From Phallusia mammillata (Eukaryota): 64,000 bases of DNA. Position 1 is the first letter of the stretch. The number at the start of each line of letters is the position of its first letter. The notes beneath the pieces were generated by a model that saw only the letters and a list, made by a program, of their open reading frames with translations, was not told the DNA's origin and did no database searches. Positions 45,414 through 58,961 of the stretch are shown in pieces. Location: positions 20,646,001 through 20,710,000 of the forward strand of contig OZ281495.1 of the NCBI GenBank assembly GCA_965637545.1, read 5' to 3'. The position numbers were made by a program, and so were the translations under genes.

Positions 45414-48400
45414 CTAAATAGTGTTGTACTTCATTACAAAACCTTGCTTAGCCACTGTGTTGTCCGAACGGAAAACAACTTTAATAACCAGTTTTTCTCC
45501 ACCTTGACGTGCAACAGTTAGAGCCGCAGGAAGATTGCTGCCGCAGTAAGTACCTGGATAAAACAATGTTGTTTAAAACGTCCTCGAGCAAAGATAAAAT
45601 TTCTTTTTCTTTTAAATTTGCACACACATACATGTAAGATAATTAAAAACAGATAATTTGAAAACTGTCACAAAGTTTAATGCGATGAAACTTGTGTTAT
45701 GGGCAGTTTTGTGTAAAACTAGTACAAATGAAAAACTAACTTACCGATGAGGTTTATAAAACCTTCCCCAGAGTAAACTTGTGTGTAATCATATTTGCAG
45801 TCGTCTTTCGTGGGAGATGGCTCCAAGTCAAATGCCTCAAACTGGATCACTGCTTTTGACGTTGGGCCCGTAACGTAAGACAGCTAAAGAAATATAAATT
45901 GTAAAAGACTGTTAGGCGAAAAAAGTGTCATCTGTCAACCCGGAAATAAACAGAAGCAGTTTAGCACAGATCTTCTTATTTGGCTAAACGGCTGTTATGC
46001 GTCATTCAGCATAGTGTTAGCCAATTCCCTGGCAGCACTGACGAAAATGTCATGTTCGGACTGAAATTTAACATTCGTTTAACTATTTTCGCCTTTTTAA
46101 GTGACTGCTGACGTTTTGCTTGTGGTTTTCAACACTTCAATCAATTCAGAATCGTTCCTACGTTTTTACTTACATCAATTTCCCACAAACAGTTGCTGTC
46201 GTTAGGATATTCGCCTTCGTCAAAGCCTGGACTGGTGATGATACCTTGGTCTTTGTCTTCAATTTTTACTCCACTGTACTTGCAGGCATCGTTGTTTACT
46301 ACAGCAGGTAGCGCTATACAACAAGAAAGGTTGTTGGTTGATTTTTATGTAAAACGCAATCCAGTTTAATTCCAGAATTCACTACATGCAGCTTCAACAA
46401 ACCCAACATCGATTGTTTTGTTTTGTGACGTAACAAATCAATTGTCTATGTATGCTTAAAAAAGTTTCGTTTTAAAAAGCAACAGCACAGTAAAATAAGG
46501 ACATGAACCGCTAAAATTAAACTTTCCCTGTAAGAAAATCTAAAAAAAGATTAAATCATGTACGAGCCTTGTCTTGACTTACAGAGCGTCTGATTAATCC
46601 ACGCCATATAAGGTCCAATTCGCGTATAAATTCCAGCATGTCCTTTTTGTCCACAACCTCTGCCCCACGAAACAATCCCTGACAAAACCCTTTCAGCATC
46701 AGCTAGTTTGCCGAAACGTGGACACGTAAGCGGCCCACCACTATCACCCTGGAACAAAAATAGCTTACGTTTGAAATTTGTGCACAGGTTAATATGTTTC
46801 CAACAGGCAAACTTTCGCTACAAGATAACTTAGTTTCAAAAAAGAAACGGTCCCCCAAATTTCTCCAGCGGTTTCCCAAAATTTGGACTTGCAACTACAA
46901 CTACAGTTTTTGGTATTTAAATAAATCACTTGCGGTCTCTTAAAACTACTTAGCGGTCACCCAAACCAAACCTTAAAAAAAACCTGCCCATATGACTGTG
47001 AAATTTAGCGACATGATGAAGATATGAGAAGTTGTTCTCGTATTAATGTACGTACATATTTGTTGAAAAGGTGTTTAAGAGAGAAGGTAAACATACCTGG
47101 CATGAGTCTTTACTGCCATCCAGATATCCGGCGCAAAGCATTTTGGATGTAAATTCTGCAGAAATTTCCGTGGCTGAGTGATGTAAGCCTTCGCACTGAT
47201 TTTGGAGTAAAATCGGTACCTTTAGCGTCTGCAAAATATCTGGTTTCGTCCTGGGATCGCTAAATCCCCAACCTGAAAAACGTTGCAAGAACTATAACAA
47301 TAAAGGCAACAAGCAAAACTTCAGACGAAGCCTTGCTTATTTTAGCCTATCGTGAACTCCAATCACCTCAGGTAGCTATGGGCAAAAATGTCATGTCAGA
47401 TAAAGTTTAGATTTTCGATGTAAAAGAATTACCCCGATTTAACCAGGAAGTCGTGAAACTAGTCTTTGGATATTTTAGGCAAACGATTACTTGGAAAACG
47501 ACCCACAGAATTACTACCAGTGGAAGTTTCCTTGTTTGCATTTATTTTCAACATAGTACACTTTTTCAACTGTTTCAGATGTTTTATGTTCATGCATAGG
47601 ATATGCATGTAAACGATTTTAAACATTTTTGGTTTCTCCACTTCAACAAATATCTGAAAAAGCGTATTTTTTTAAAAAAAACGCAATAACAAATTATGGT
47701 TTATAATGCGACCGTTGTGCTTAAATCGTTAGAAATGGGACACAAACAACGTACCAGAGATGGTGCACATAGTGTAGGGATACGGATCTTCATCGAAATG
47801 GGGCAAACACGCCGGTACCACGTAGTTATTTAACTCGAAAGGTCGATCAGCCTCTAAAGACATGGAAAATAAACATATTAAATGACTGATGTCGAACTCG
47901 ATCACTTTTACAGCTCACTGCTTACCGAGCATCGCGATATCGTTTTTTAATGTCTGCAAACCAAATTCAGGATGTATGACCACCCGAGCAGCGTAGCGTG
48001 CTTGTTCCTTTGTATCAGACTTGCTGTTCGAGTGATCTCCCGCCACGAGACGATAAACTTTGCGTGCGTTGGGATTTATGACGCTGTAAAACAACAAGGG
48101 GTCGCTTTGGTTTTGAGGTCGGGGGCTAAGTGGAAGTTGTTTTTTAGGGGCAGGAACTTGGCCGAATGGCCTGGCGCGCCTGACCCATATACAGACATAA
48201 AAAACCTGATCGGGATTCGTCCCCGGGAGGTTCCTGGGTTCGAACCCCGTGAAGAAAAGAAAAAAAAAAAAAAAAAGTTGTTTTTTAGTACGAAGATACA
48301 TTACGGCGCTTTAAAAGGCTACAATCTTAAGTTTTTTCGGTATTTGTTTGTTTCTGTTGAGGACTTGTTAAACACGATTCACAAAAGTAGTAGACATTGT

Positions 48401-49256
48401 TTAGTTTAAAAAACAATTAATTTGAAGGACAGACTATAAGTATAAGAGTTAACGTTTACTGTTGACAGGAAGTGTTCGTGAAATGAATCAATATCCTGTA
48501 TTGCGTAATGTAGAACAAAATTAAGCAGCGAGAAAAAACTATTTAGCATTTAACAAAACGTTTGTCAACATAGTATCACACGAAAGGAAATATTTTAAGC
48601 CTTTTTGCATACTTAGCATTCTTTGCATGTAAAATGTACGTTACAAAGTTACAAAGTTTCTAAGTTTGTTTTGCGATTACAATTAAATTGGAAATGTTTT
48701 TACAAAACTCAAAGTATAAAAAAAATTATACTAGGCTATTATAGGTAATGTCAACTTGATTGTCGTGATTCTTGAGAACTGTGGTATCATAAATTTCAAT
48801 GCAGTTTTACCCCTAGTATAGTTTATTTAACATGTCGTAAAAATGACCTTCGTACCTTGCAATAACGCAGTGAGCAGCGGTCAGGGCCCATCTTCTGTTA
48901 ACGATAGTTGCTCCACACTTTCTTATTCTAAATAAAAATGCACATACAATGCCTTGCGACATGCATAAGAAAATTGTAACACATTTAACGTACATGGCAC
49001 TTACTCGTTTTCATACAAATTTACTTGCCACGGCACCTCTCCGTACTGCGCTGTTTCTCCGTTAAAAATTCGAGCAAACCTGGCGTTTTCAAGTGCTGGC
49101 CTGGTTCCGCAAAGTACCTGAGCACCTAGTAATGCAGGTAAACTGTTAAAAGCTAGAGTTCTTCTTTACAACAGATAAAAATAACTTACCAACAGTGATA
49201 AAAAGTAAAAATAACACTGAAGCACCACAAACGTAAGTTAAAAATGAACTTCTCAT
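45414..49256 (-). CDS. Secreted trypsin-like serine protease with one C-terminal CUB domain (acrosin/ovochymase-like architecture, ~425 aa)
   Basis: 10 exons: 49256-49190, 49125-49005, 48927-48856, 48083-47926, 47853-47755, 47272-47097, 46748-46583, 46313-46174, 45883-45745, 45553-45414; phases match. Signal peptide, LCG...R/IFNG activation site, TAAHC, NDIAML, DSCQGDSGGP, VSWG. CUB motifs GIITSPGF...YPNDSNCLWEI, FEAFDLE...CKYDY, GTYCG...FRSD...GF...Y. Confidence 0.92.
46861..46986. mobile_element. Partial copy of the 122-269 MITE family in a protease intron
   Basis: Shares TTCTCCAGCGGTTTCCCAAAATTT...CTTGCGGTCTCTTAAAACTACTTAGCGGTCACCCAAACCAAACCTTAAAAAAAACC with 144-269. Left TIR and TSD not found. 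Confidence 0.75.
48148..48274 (+). mobile_element. tRNA-derived SINE with poly(A) tail, copy 2, in protease intron 3
   Basis: GGGCAGGAACTTGGCCGAATGG...GGGTTCGAACCCCGTG followed by an A-tail. 14-bp TSD AAGTTGTTTTTTAG at 48134-48147 and 48275-48288. Confidence 0.88.
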
Positions 49257-51247
49257 GTTAAAAAGGGTGTTAGGAATCGTTGACAACAGTCTTGTGCGTC
49301 TTGCAGTAAGTTAATTGTTCCTCTAACCTGGTCTCGTGCATCTATATGTCTCATTCGGAGTGTTCCAGTAATTTAAGAGTCTAAATACAAAAGCTGCAGG
49401 AAGTTACGTATGCCCAAGATTACGCCCTGTCACGCATTCAAAGGGTGACACATTATGTGGTGAGTCATCAAAGAAATCACAAAGTAATCCTGTCAGTAAC
49501 TTAAATGACGCAACAGTCGTGCATTGAGATGCTTGGTGGAATTTTCCAAAAGTGGATTTGACACATTTGCTGCTCCTTAAAAACCTCGGCAATAACGAAA
49601 ACTGGACGCAATTGCCATCAAAGGACCTCTAGCGTGACACCCACGATTACCTTAAAAAACGAACTGTCAGAAAAAGCTTCCGGTCTGTAGTTTCGTTTTA
49701 ATAATTACCATACAGGCTGGGTTACAGAAACCAAACAAACTATGTGTTTTAAATGACATAAGTATGACGTTTGTTTTGTGTGACATATACAGACTGAAGG
49801 TTTTACCGGGCAATAAGCCAACCAACACACTAAAAAATTGACCAATTTTTTAAGCTTAAAAGCATTTTAGTCGAATAAACTAGAAATTGCAGTTCGGCAA
49901 AAACTAAGCAGCTTCTTTATTGGAAGTTTGTTTTTCTGCATAACTCTTCCACCCTGAACGAGTGTCTGCATAAGCCGTTCTCAGAACGTTGTATATGCAT
50001 TTGACGATTGATCATAATTTTATTGCCTTTGCACTGCTACAACTGTTATCACATAGAGAAATTATATTAATCCGACTTTCTGAAATGGGGTTACTGTTTT
50101 TTTTTTGTCAACTTTAAATTATTTTAGGTTGCATGGAAGCATAACTTGTTTTACTAAGCGCTACTACTTCTATAAATAAGCAGTTTTTTGCACATGAACT
50201 ACAACCAGATTTATACAACACCAGTATTAAAAGCTGACGCCTAACAGCTGATAACATGTACAAAAAATAGGGTAGGTTTGTCTGTGAGGAAAAGCAAAAC
50301 GACTCGAAGCGTCAGTTTTAACATGTTTGTTTTACCAAATGTTTTAAAAGAACGACCGTACATTGTAATTTAAGCAAATTTTTCAAGTAAAATTGAAAAT
50401 ACATACTACCTGAATAGCACCAAATATTCTGTGATACAACGATGGACAACTCTCTAAGTTATCTATGGTAGCACAAACCACTACAAGAAACCGGTCACGA
50501 TGCGGCGCTATAGATAATTGTTTTTGCAGGAAACGATTCGATTGTAATTTGTAACACAACGTAAAGTACGAGGGAAGTGCCACAGATTGTTCAGTTGTTT
50601 TGCTTATCGTTGCGTTTGCAGCGGCAATGGCATTTTTTTAATTGTTGAACAATGTTGTCGCCCACGTTCCCATTATGCGGTCGTGTTAAATTATCCGTTT
50701 TATAAAAACACTATACAGTTGGCGTGCAATAGCAACATCGTTGGTCTGTAGTTTGTACGTTTATTTTGGTCTGCATTTTTGTTGTTTCTAGTTGTATTGT
50801 AGTTGTGTGTAACAATGTTATTTTCAAATATAAACTGTCAAGTTTCGTATATGTGTAAATTGTCCTATTCAAACAAATGTGCTACTACGTTATAATTAAT
50901 AAAGAAAATACAAATTGGTCTTACCAAAGAGTTTTACAATGGCAAAAAAACTTTACCGATAAATCTTGAGATTTTATAGTACTGTCTTAGTGCAATTAAT
51001 TTTTTATTTTGCAAACCTTTGTGTTCTACTGCAATTCATAATGCAACATTCATTGTCTTTCAGTTAGTATTTGCGAAATATTGTAAAGCAGTGATGGGAG
51101 TGGGACTTATAAGTTGTAAAATTATTAATATTAAGAGTTATTAATATGAATATTCAGGTTTTATAAGTGTTGTTTCAAAATCATTCTTTTGTAATACTTT
51201 CAGCTATAATTTGCTCATCTGCCCTGGACACAATTGTGTTCAGCAGT

Positions 51248-54200
51248 ATGTGGCAACAATCTGAACATCGAAAAATTGCTGAGTCGTATGAGTTAAAGAA
51301 AACATTAGGTCGTGGCCATTTTGCAGTAGTCAAGTTGGCCCACCATGTGTTTTCTGGAGAAAAAGTGGCTGTAAAGGTAATCGACAAAACAAAGATGGAT
51401 CGTATTTCAGCTGATCATCTCCATCATGAAGTTACTTGTATGAAATTGGTTCAGCATCCTAATGTTGTAAGTAACTAAATTGATTTTTTAAAGCTTTTTG
51501 ATGATTTTTCTGGATTCTATTACCTGTATCCTATAATATTTGTTTGTCTACCTTATTAATAAAGATAAAAAATGACCATAAATTTTATTAAAATGGAATT
51601 AATTTTATTTTGTGAAAAATTTATGAGCAATTTTATGTTTTAAATTGTCTTGTTAATAGAGAGTACATAAATTATTTGTCTTTACCTTTCTTTTAGGTTC
51701 GTTTGTACCAAGTCATTGAAACTTCCACCAAACTGTATCTAATCCTTGAGTTGGGAGATGGAGGTGATATGTTTGATTATATTATGAGACATGACAAGGG
51801 TCTGCATGAAGACCAAGCAAAGGAGTATTTCGCTCAGGTAATATATTAAGTCATATTATTGCCAACAGTAAATTGTATTGTAACATTGCACATTCTTGTT
51901 GCAATATTGCAAGGGCCCAAGTCTCAAGGATTTATGTTTGTGAGCTCAAGAAAATGGTTTAAGTTAAAATGTTAATGATTATTTTAATATAGTGAGCTTG
52001 ACCTTTTATAGCCAGGCCTTATACATGAGGGAAATGTGGCTCTAACCACTCATAAATGTCAAGGTACATAGCAAAAGCGTTTAAGCCTAAACTGTTGTGC
52101 TGCCATTGGATTGATATATTTCCAATGCAAAGAGTAAATGTATTTGTTGCTGACACCCCAGGATAATTAAATCATCATCTGTCTGTCACTCTCTCTGTAA
52201 AGGTTATGAATTCCTTTTGCAACAATAGTAGCTGGAATGTGTAGCTGAATACTGTTGAAATGTGATACAAACCATCTGTGTGTTTTTAACAGATTTTTAA
52301 ACATTAGCAATCATGCTGTATTGGTTTCATGTTTCAAAGATGTGACCCTTTGTTAAGTGTTGTTTTTAAAACATAACAAAGGCTGTCGAAATAGTTCATT
52401 TGAAAGGATGTACATTTTATACCATGCGGACCTATTTTTGACATCTATACATTTGTGCTTACAGTCACTCGTAAATCCATTTTAATTGACAGAAATTTGT
52501 CAGTCAATAATCTTGTTAGTGCACTGCGAATGAGATATTATTTTTGGTCATAACGAACGGTGTTAGAAAATCTTCACATTTCTACAGTCAGATTGCAAAG
52601 GTTTCAAGACTTCATCTGTCAATTATACTTTCTTTTTTAAGCCTATTGAACTTCTCTCCTGGGACTTGATTGTCTTGTAACCTTTTGATTAGAACAACCT
52701 CCTTGGTTTGAGGTGGTACAGCATTTTTTATGGTGGCACAACATGGTTCTGTTTTAATTTGGAGTACTTTAAGGTGTACATAATTTAATATCTAAAAACA
52801 TTTTTGGTGGGCCCGAAGTTTAACAACATTTTTTCATTTTTAAGTCACTTTCATTGTTTCAGTTAAATCTATAGAAGACCAATAAATATATTTTGCTTAA
52901 GAAAATAACAAAACATTTTTTTAGATTGTCAGTGCAATAGCATACTGCCACAAACTACATGTGGTCCATCGAGATCTCAAGCCAGAAAATGTTGTTTTCT
53001 TCGAAAGTCAAGGCCTCGTGAAATTGACAGACTTTGGATTTAGTAATCATTACAGGCCTGGTGAAAAGCTTTCAACCTCTTGTGGTTCACTTGCTTATTC
53101 TGCACCTGAAATTTTGCTTGGGGAAGAGTATGATGCCCCTGCTGTTGATGTTTGGAGCCTAGGTAAAGTCACCTTGCTAAACCTAAGTTTGTTGTTATAT
53201 GGCTAGCACTACTCTGGAACACAACACTATGTTATGCGCTACATTGTATGCATAATGTTCACAAACATATAGTAAAACTTTTTCCACTGTTCAAATTAAC
53301 TTTTAATTTTTTAAACAATTTTACTTAAATTAATTTTACTGTATGATGTCTTCTTGTCTTTATTCTATACATTGGCAATAATGCAATTTTTTTAGGTGTG
53401 ATATTGTACATGCTTGTTTGTGGCGTTGCCCCATTCAACGAAGCAAATGACAGTGAGACCCTTATCAATATAATGGATTGCCGCTACACGGTGCTCGACC
53501 ATGTCAGTGAACAGTGTGAGGATCTGATTAAACGAATGATTATACGGTGAGCTACTTGAGTGCACAGAATGTGTTTTATAGATGGTAACACTACTTACTG
53601 GCTTAAGATCAACAGATCAATATTACATCAATAGAAAGCAAGTGATTGACTTGACCTTTTCAATATCTGCAAATGTGATAAGTTGTTGCTTAATGTCTCT
53701 AGTAAATAATTAATGTAACAGCTACATATACAACAATTGCATAGCAGTTTGTTTTTAAAATATAAACCAGTCATCTGCCCAGTATGAAACACTCATACAA
53801 AATTTACAGCCAAAATAAAATGCTGCTGCATTTGACAAATGTAGTTTTATTGATTTTTTTGCAGGACTTATAGTGTTACTTTAAAGTGTGTGTAACATTT
53901 GCACTCGAGGCTATTGAATTAAAAGTAAGACATGTTGTCTTGGAATAAGTAAGCTCAGTAGCATTTCTGTTTGGTAAATATAGTTATTGGTATCTGATTG
54001 CAGTGAACCTTCTCATCGCATGAGTTTGGATGACATAGTTAACCACCCGTGGTTAACTGGGGCTAAGTCATTAAGCAGAGCTCGCAGAAATTCTGTTCCA
54101 ATGTTGACCAGAAATAACATTCCTGCTGATGTGCACAGGGAGATCCTGGAAATTATGGTCAATGGTAAGTATGTGTACCATCCAGCAGGCTGCTTATTGT

Positions 54201-57200
54201 TTTCACAGACGTGCTAAATCAAATTTATTGAGTTTATTAGTGGTTCTTACCTACAAAGTAATATTTTTTGACTGTTAATGCCAGTTTTAGGACTGTAAAC
54301 TGTAAAATTGGCTATGTTTACATGATCAAATTAAGTTTGAAATTAATGAATGTAAGAATGTTTCTGTATAAATTTCTTGTGAAAAATACTTTTACAACAC
54401 AATGCATTTTAGCGGAACTTGCAGATGAAGATGAAATACTCACAGCACTTACAGAAGATCGCTATGATCACATCACATCAACATACTTTTTGCTTGCTGA
54501 GAGAAGTATTGTACAGCAAACCAACAGCAAAGAAAATCAAAGCAGTGATGAAGAAGATTTGTCAGATGACAATGAGACTTCAGGCCGCTTTCAAACATCT
54601 GACTCCAGGCCTGTAACAAATCGTTTAAGACCAATGTATCCAGATGCACATTCAAGTACCATGCAGCCTGTGGCTTTATCTGTTTCACCGCCATGCAATC
54701 AAGCTACACTTATACCATCAGCATCAGTTTCAGTGCCTGCAGATCCTGCAAGACGAAGAACAAGAAGTTCAAGTTCTGAGGATTCAAACTCTTCTCTCTC
54801 TACCTCATTAGAACGCCGATCAAATCCTTCATACATCCGTGAGCATCTCACAATTACTCCTCGCCATGGCTTTAGTGTTGCACATGGAGGAATCGACACA
54901 CTGATTGAGGAGGAGGAACGAAGCCGGTCACAGACCACCACTGATGATGAGGCAGATGCTGCAGATGATATTGCCAATATGGTTAATCCCAAGCTGCTTG
55001 CTTCACAGTGAGTTTAGCAGATCAGAAATGTGATAAACATTGTATAAAATCTGTGTAAGGAAGTCAGGTATCATTTGTGTGGTCCTAGTAGTACTTAATT
55101 TATTGGAAACATTATTTTTATACCTCTTTATAAGCTAATCTTTTTTTTCTGTTTTAGGTTGCAACGAACTCTTCAACTAAAACGCTTCAAAAAACGGAAA
55201 AGCGCACCTGTACTGAATGAAATTTGTGAGGAAACGGAGCTAGAAAATGACATTAGTGAAATTGGTGACGGTATGTCACGGACAGTGGGCCAGCATCACA
55301 CAGGCCGACATTCTATTTCCTCATCCTCACCTACTTCACACAGCGGTCACCATTATAACACCCATCATCAGTCAGGTGGCAGTGGGGTGGTTTTTGATCA
55401 TCAAAAGGAAACTGCACACTATTCTGTTAGACCAGGTATGTTGATGGGCCACAATAGGAAGAAGTACAGATTTAATATGCATAATTCCAGCAAACAAAAT
55501 TATGTTCCAAAGAAATAGTTGCAATGAATCAACGAACTAATGGTGCTGACTCACTGCTAGGCTGTAGACTTTAGCAACTATTTATTCAAACAGGCATTTT
55601 AAGTATGTGTGTAAATATGTTTCAGAGCATTTGACTTAAATGTCACACTATAATTTGAAAACAATTGTATAAGCGGTCAAATGTCAGATTTTGCTGCCAC
55701 ATGCCAAATTGCTTTGTTTGCTTTGAAAGGCATACTAGCCTTAGATGTTGGATTCCACTTTATCACCATTGCCGAGTGGGTGGATTTGATAAGTTGTAGG
55801 CAAAGCAGGAAGTTTAACAGAAACGTGTTGGGCTAGGTTGCCTTCTGAACTACCTAAGTTAATATTTAGTTTTAACTGACTATTTTAGGTTTTCTAGCAG
55901 TATGTGTAAGTTTCATGGGTAAAAATTTCTAAACTTTATTTTGTATGTTTTCCTCAATGTTCTGTATTTTGCAACAGGTCGGGCAATGAGGCGTAGGAAG
56001 TCACAGAAATGTAGCAGTTCTGAAACCAGTGATGATGACAGCGAAAGCAGACGTACCAGTAGCACGAATCTCAGCTCCACTGTTGGCCGAATGATGTTGC
56101 AGCGGCGCAGAGATTCAAGTGATGACAAAGATGATGACCACACAGGTGGCGGGCCAGGTCCAGGAAATTTTCTTCCTGGTGTCAATGAACAAATCACTAC
56201 AGACTGCCAAGACTCTACTGCTGCAGCAGAGGAAGAAAAGGAAAACCCAAAGTCTAGTGATGATGCTAGTGCAGCCGGAAACACTAGAACACATGTAATG
56301 AACAATGTTAGCCAGCATCGCAGTGTGGGCAAAAAGCCGCTGTGCCTCAATGATAGTAATCACAAAATAAACAATATTTTTGGTGTGCGAAGTAAAAGTG
56401 CTGAATCACATACCTCATCATCATACTCAATGTTTACAAGCAGCCGGAGCAGCAGCAGTGCCCGAAGCAGCTGCAGCAGTTTAAGTTCGAACCACCGCTT
56501 GCGCACGCTTGCCAAAAGAAATGGAAGGCTGTCAATGAAAAACTCAAGCTCAACCAGATCAGACACTGGCCTTGTTTTGAGATATCACAAGAACAATGTC
56601 TTGGTAAAGTGCAAATGCAAAAATCTTTCACAAACCTCAAGATCCTCATCATCTTCATCACTTGTTATTTGTGACAACCTCAGGGTTTCAAACAGCCTAA
56701 ACTGTGTTAGTCCTCCAGGCCTTACACATGACAATGGTGTTGATTCTGATAGTGGTTTATCAAGTTCCAGACATCACCGTTCTTGTTCCTTGCCTCGACA
56801 CAGTAAGAGATTAAATCACCCAAACTTTAAGAAGTCAGGGCAGGATGAAGACCAGAGTATGTATCAAACCCTTTTCAGTGAATCAAATGATGAAATATCA
56901 TGTGTTGGAGCTGGACTGGAATCACTGACTGTCAAGCGAAGCAACCTTAGTCTTGCTTCGTCCACATGCAGCGGAAGCAAATTTGTTGTTGACCCTGTGA
57001 ATGAGCTAGCTCCATCTCCAGCCTTGACTCCTTTATCTGAAAATAGAGCACAGACTCTTTCATTTAACTTTTCTGACCACTCCATCAATTTACCTGCAAA
57101 AACAAAAATAACTAAGCCTGAACTTAACAACCTGGAAACAACATTAAGCATGTCAGCCAGCTTGGAAGAACCTGGTTTTAAAAAGCATCAAAATATTCTT

Positions 57201-57341
57201 ACCAAGCTGAACAACTTGAAACCAAATGCAAGACACAGTTCATCACTCGATTCTGGAAGTGTGCTTGGTAGTGGGCAGTTAAAAGTTGAACACAAAATTG
57301 TTAGAAAGGTGAAGGCTCGGAATTGCTGTAGTTTAATGTAA
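51248..57341 (+). CDS. SNRK: SNF-related serine/threonine kinase (~1048 aa)
   Basis: Exons 51248-51466, 51697-51837, 52925-53162, 53396-53546, 54004-54164, 54413-55007, 55158-55435, 55978-57341; phases match. Diagnostic strings [100 protein letters not shown]. Confidence 0.96.
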
Positions 57342-58746
57342 CTTGTGTGAAGTGACATGTTTTGTATTCTGTATGATTTGATTTCAAATGATGACACATT
57401 TACTCAAAATCAAGACTGAATGGCTCACAAAAAACATTGTTTTTAATTTTCTATTTTGAATATAAATTTTGTTAGGCCTACAAACAAAATGTTACTTAAT
57501 GTACCACAGACCTACATCTTGCCAAAAAACTGATTCAACAACATCAGTCTTTTTACTTTTCCAATCATTTAATAAAGTTTGGTAACATATTATTTGCCAG
57601 GGCAAAAATAAAATATCTTGTTTTGCTGTGCAAACAGCATCGCATTTATGATCCATTGATGGGGAATTATAATATAATGATTGAACATAAATTACAATAC
57701 TGGAGAATAAAAGTTACAAACATATGTGATGTAACACCAGGTTATTCAACATACTTTTTTCTCCACATACTAATATGTTTTTTTAAGAGGTACGCTTGTA
57801 TAATGTTGTTGAAAATTTGTTCTACGATTCTTGTATTACAGCATTGAATTGGTTTGAACTTTAACTCAGTGACATGTAAAGTTTAACAAATTTTGGACAG
57901 ACATTGATCTGTACTTTTAATGATGAGCTGAGCGCAACAAAACGTTGCTCACTTACCCCACTTCGAGCTTACTTTGACTTATAACCAGATTTTGCGAAAT
58001 ATGAAATGGTAAAATATATGTTTTGTGAAATTTTACCTTGCGCAACTTAAATTTACTTATTACACAAATATGTACTTTTTGTTCTTTGATGTGACAAGCT
58101 TGTTACTATTTATGTTTGTTTGTAATGTGAGAACATATAAATATTTTTAAGTGTTAGTTCATTGTCATGTGGTTGATGTTAAATTTGTAGCAACTTGTCA
58201 TAGTCTACATATGCTTGTCAAGGTGGCCTAAAGTAGTGATCTGAATCAGTTCCAATTTATTGTCTATTATAGTATTAATCTTGCTACTTTTCTTCCTTGT
58301 CACCTTGTTTTATATTCCATACCTCTGCTGTGTAGATTAGTGTATAATTAATTAATCATCTAAAATGTGAAGCATATGCTTCAAATACTGTACTCCTTAA
58401 AAAATTTAAATTGAAAATTAATAAACTTGAAGTAAATGTAGTAAAACAACACACATAACTAAGATGTTTCTGTGTATGGAGAACCTAATTTTGGTTTATT
58501 TAAATTTATTTTGTTACATGTTGTCTTACCTGCACTTTATTATGTAAACAAGCTACCAGAACTTTTTCACTTTTGTGCAACTGGTAATTGTTTTCAGAAG
58601 ATTTTCATTAAACAACATGGGTGTAACAATCTTAAATAAAAAGGCAGAAAAAAATTCAGACTTTGTAAGGAAACACATTTACACTGGTTTCAAATGCATG
58701 TACTCTGTTACATTTTTGAGTACCATATGTGTGTTTATTTCAAAGG

Positions 58747-58961
58747 CAGTGGTTCTCAAACTTTTTCGTTGCGACGCCTTTGGAAAAGTTTTCTGGACTT
58801 GCGACGCACCAGCAAATAAAAGTTAATGAGGAAACTTATTATTAAAGTTGTGTTTATTGATCCAACAACAAAAAGCCACGAAACGGAATTATTCTGCGAC
58901 GCCCTTGGAAAATTGAAACGACGCACCAGGGATGTTGCAACGCACAGTTTGAGAACTACTG
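58747..58961. mobile_element. 215-bp hAT-type MITE, older, related TIR family but different interior
   Basis: TIR CAGTGGTTCTCAAACT / AGTTTGAGAACTACTG (1 mismatch). Repeated GCGACGC motifs inside. TSD degenerate (TTCAAAGG / CTGTAAGG). Confidence 0.75.

Noticed and set aside
48148-48250. Functional tRNA gene (also 20232-20361)
   Set aside because: A- and B-boxes are present, but the 3' acceptor strand is missing and both copies have poly(A) tails and TSDs, so they are retroposed.
55913-57397. Several antisense ORFs over SNRK's last exon (likewise 25809-26102 and 54699-54992)
   Set aside because: They are shadows of long low-complexity coding exons on the opposite strand, with no independent evidence.
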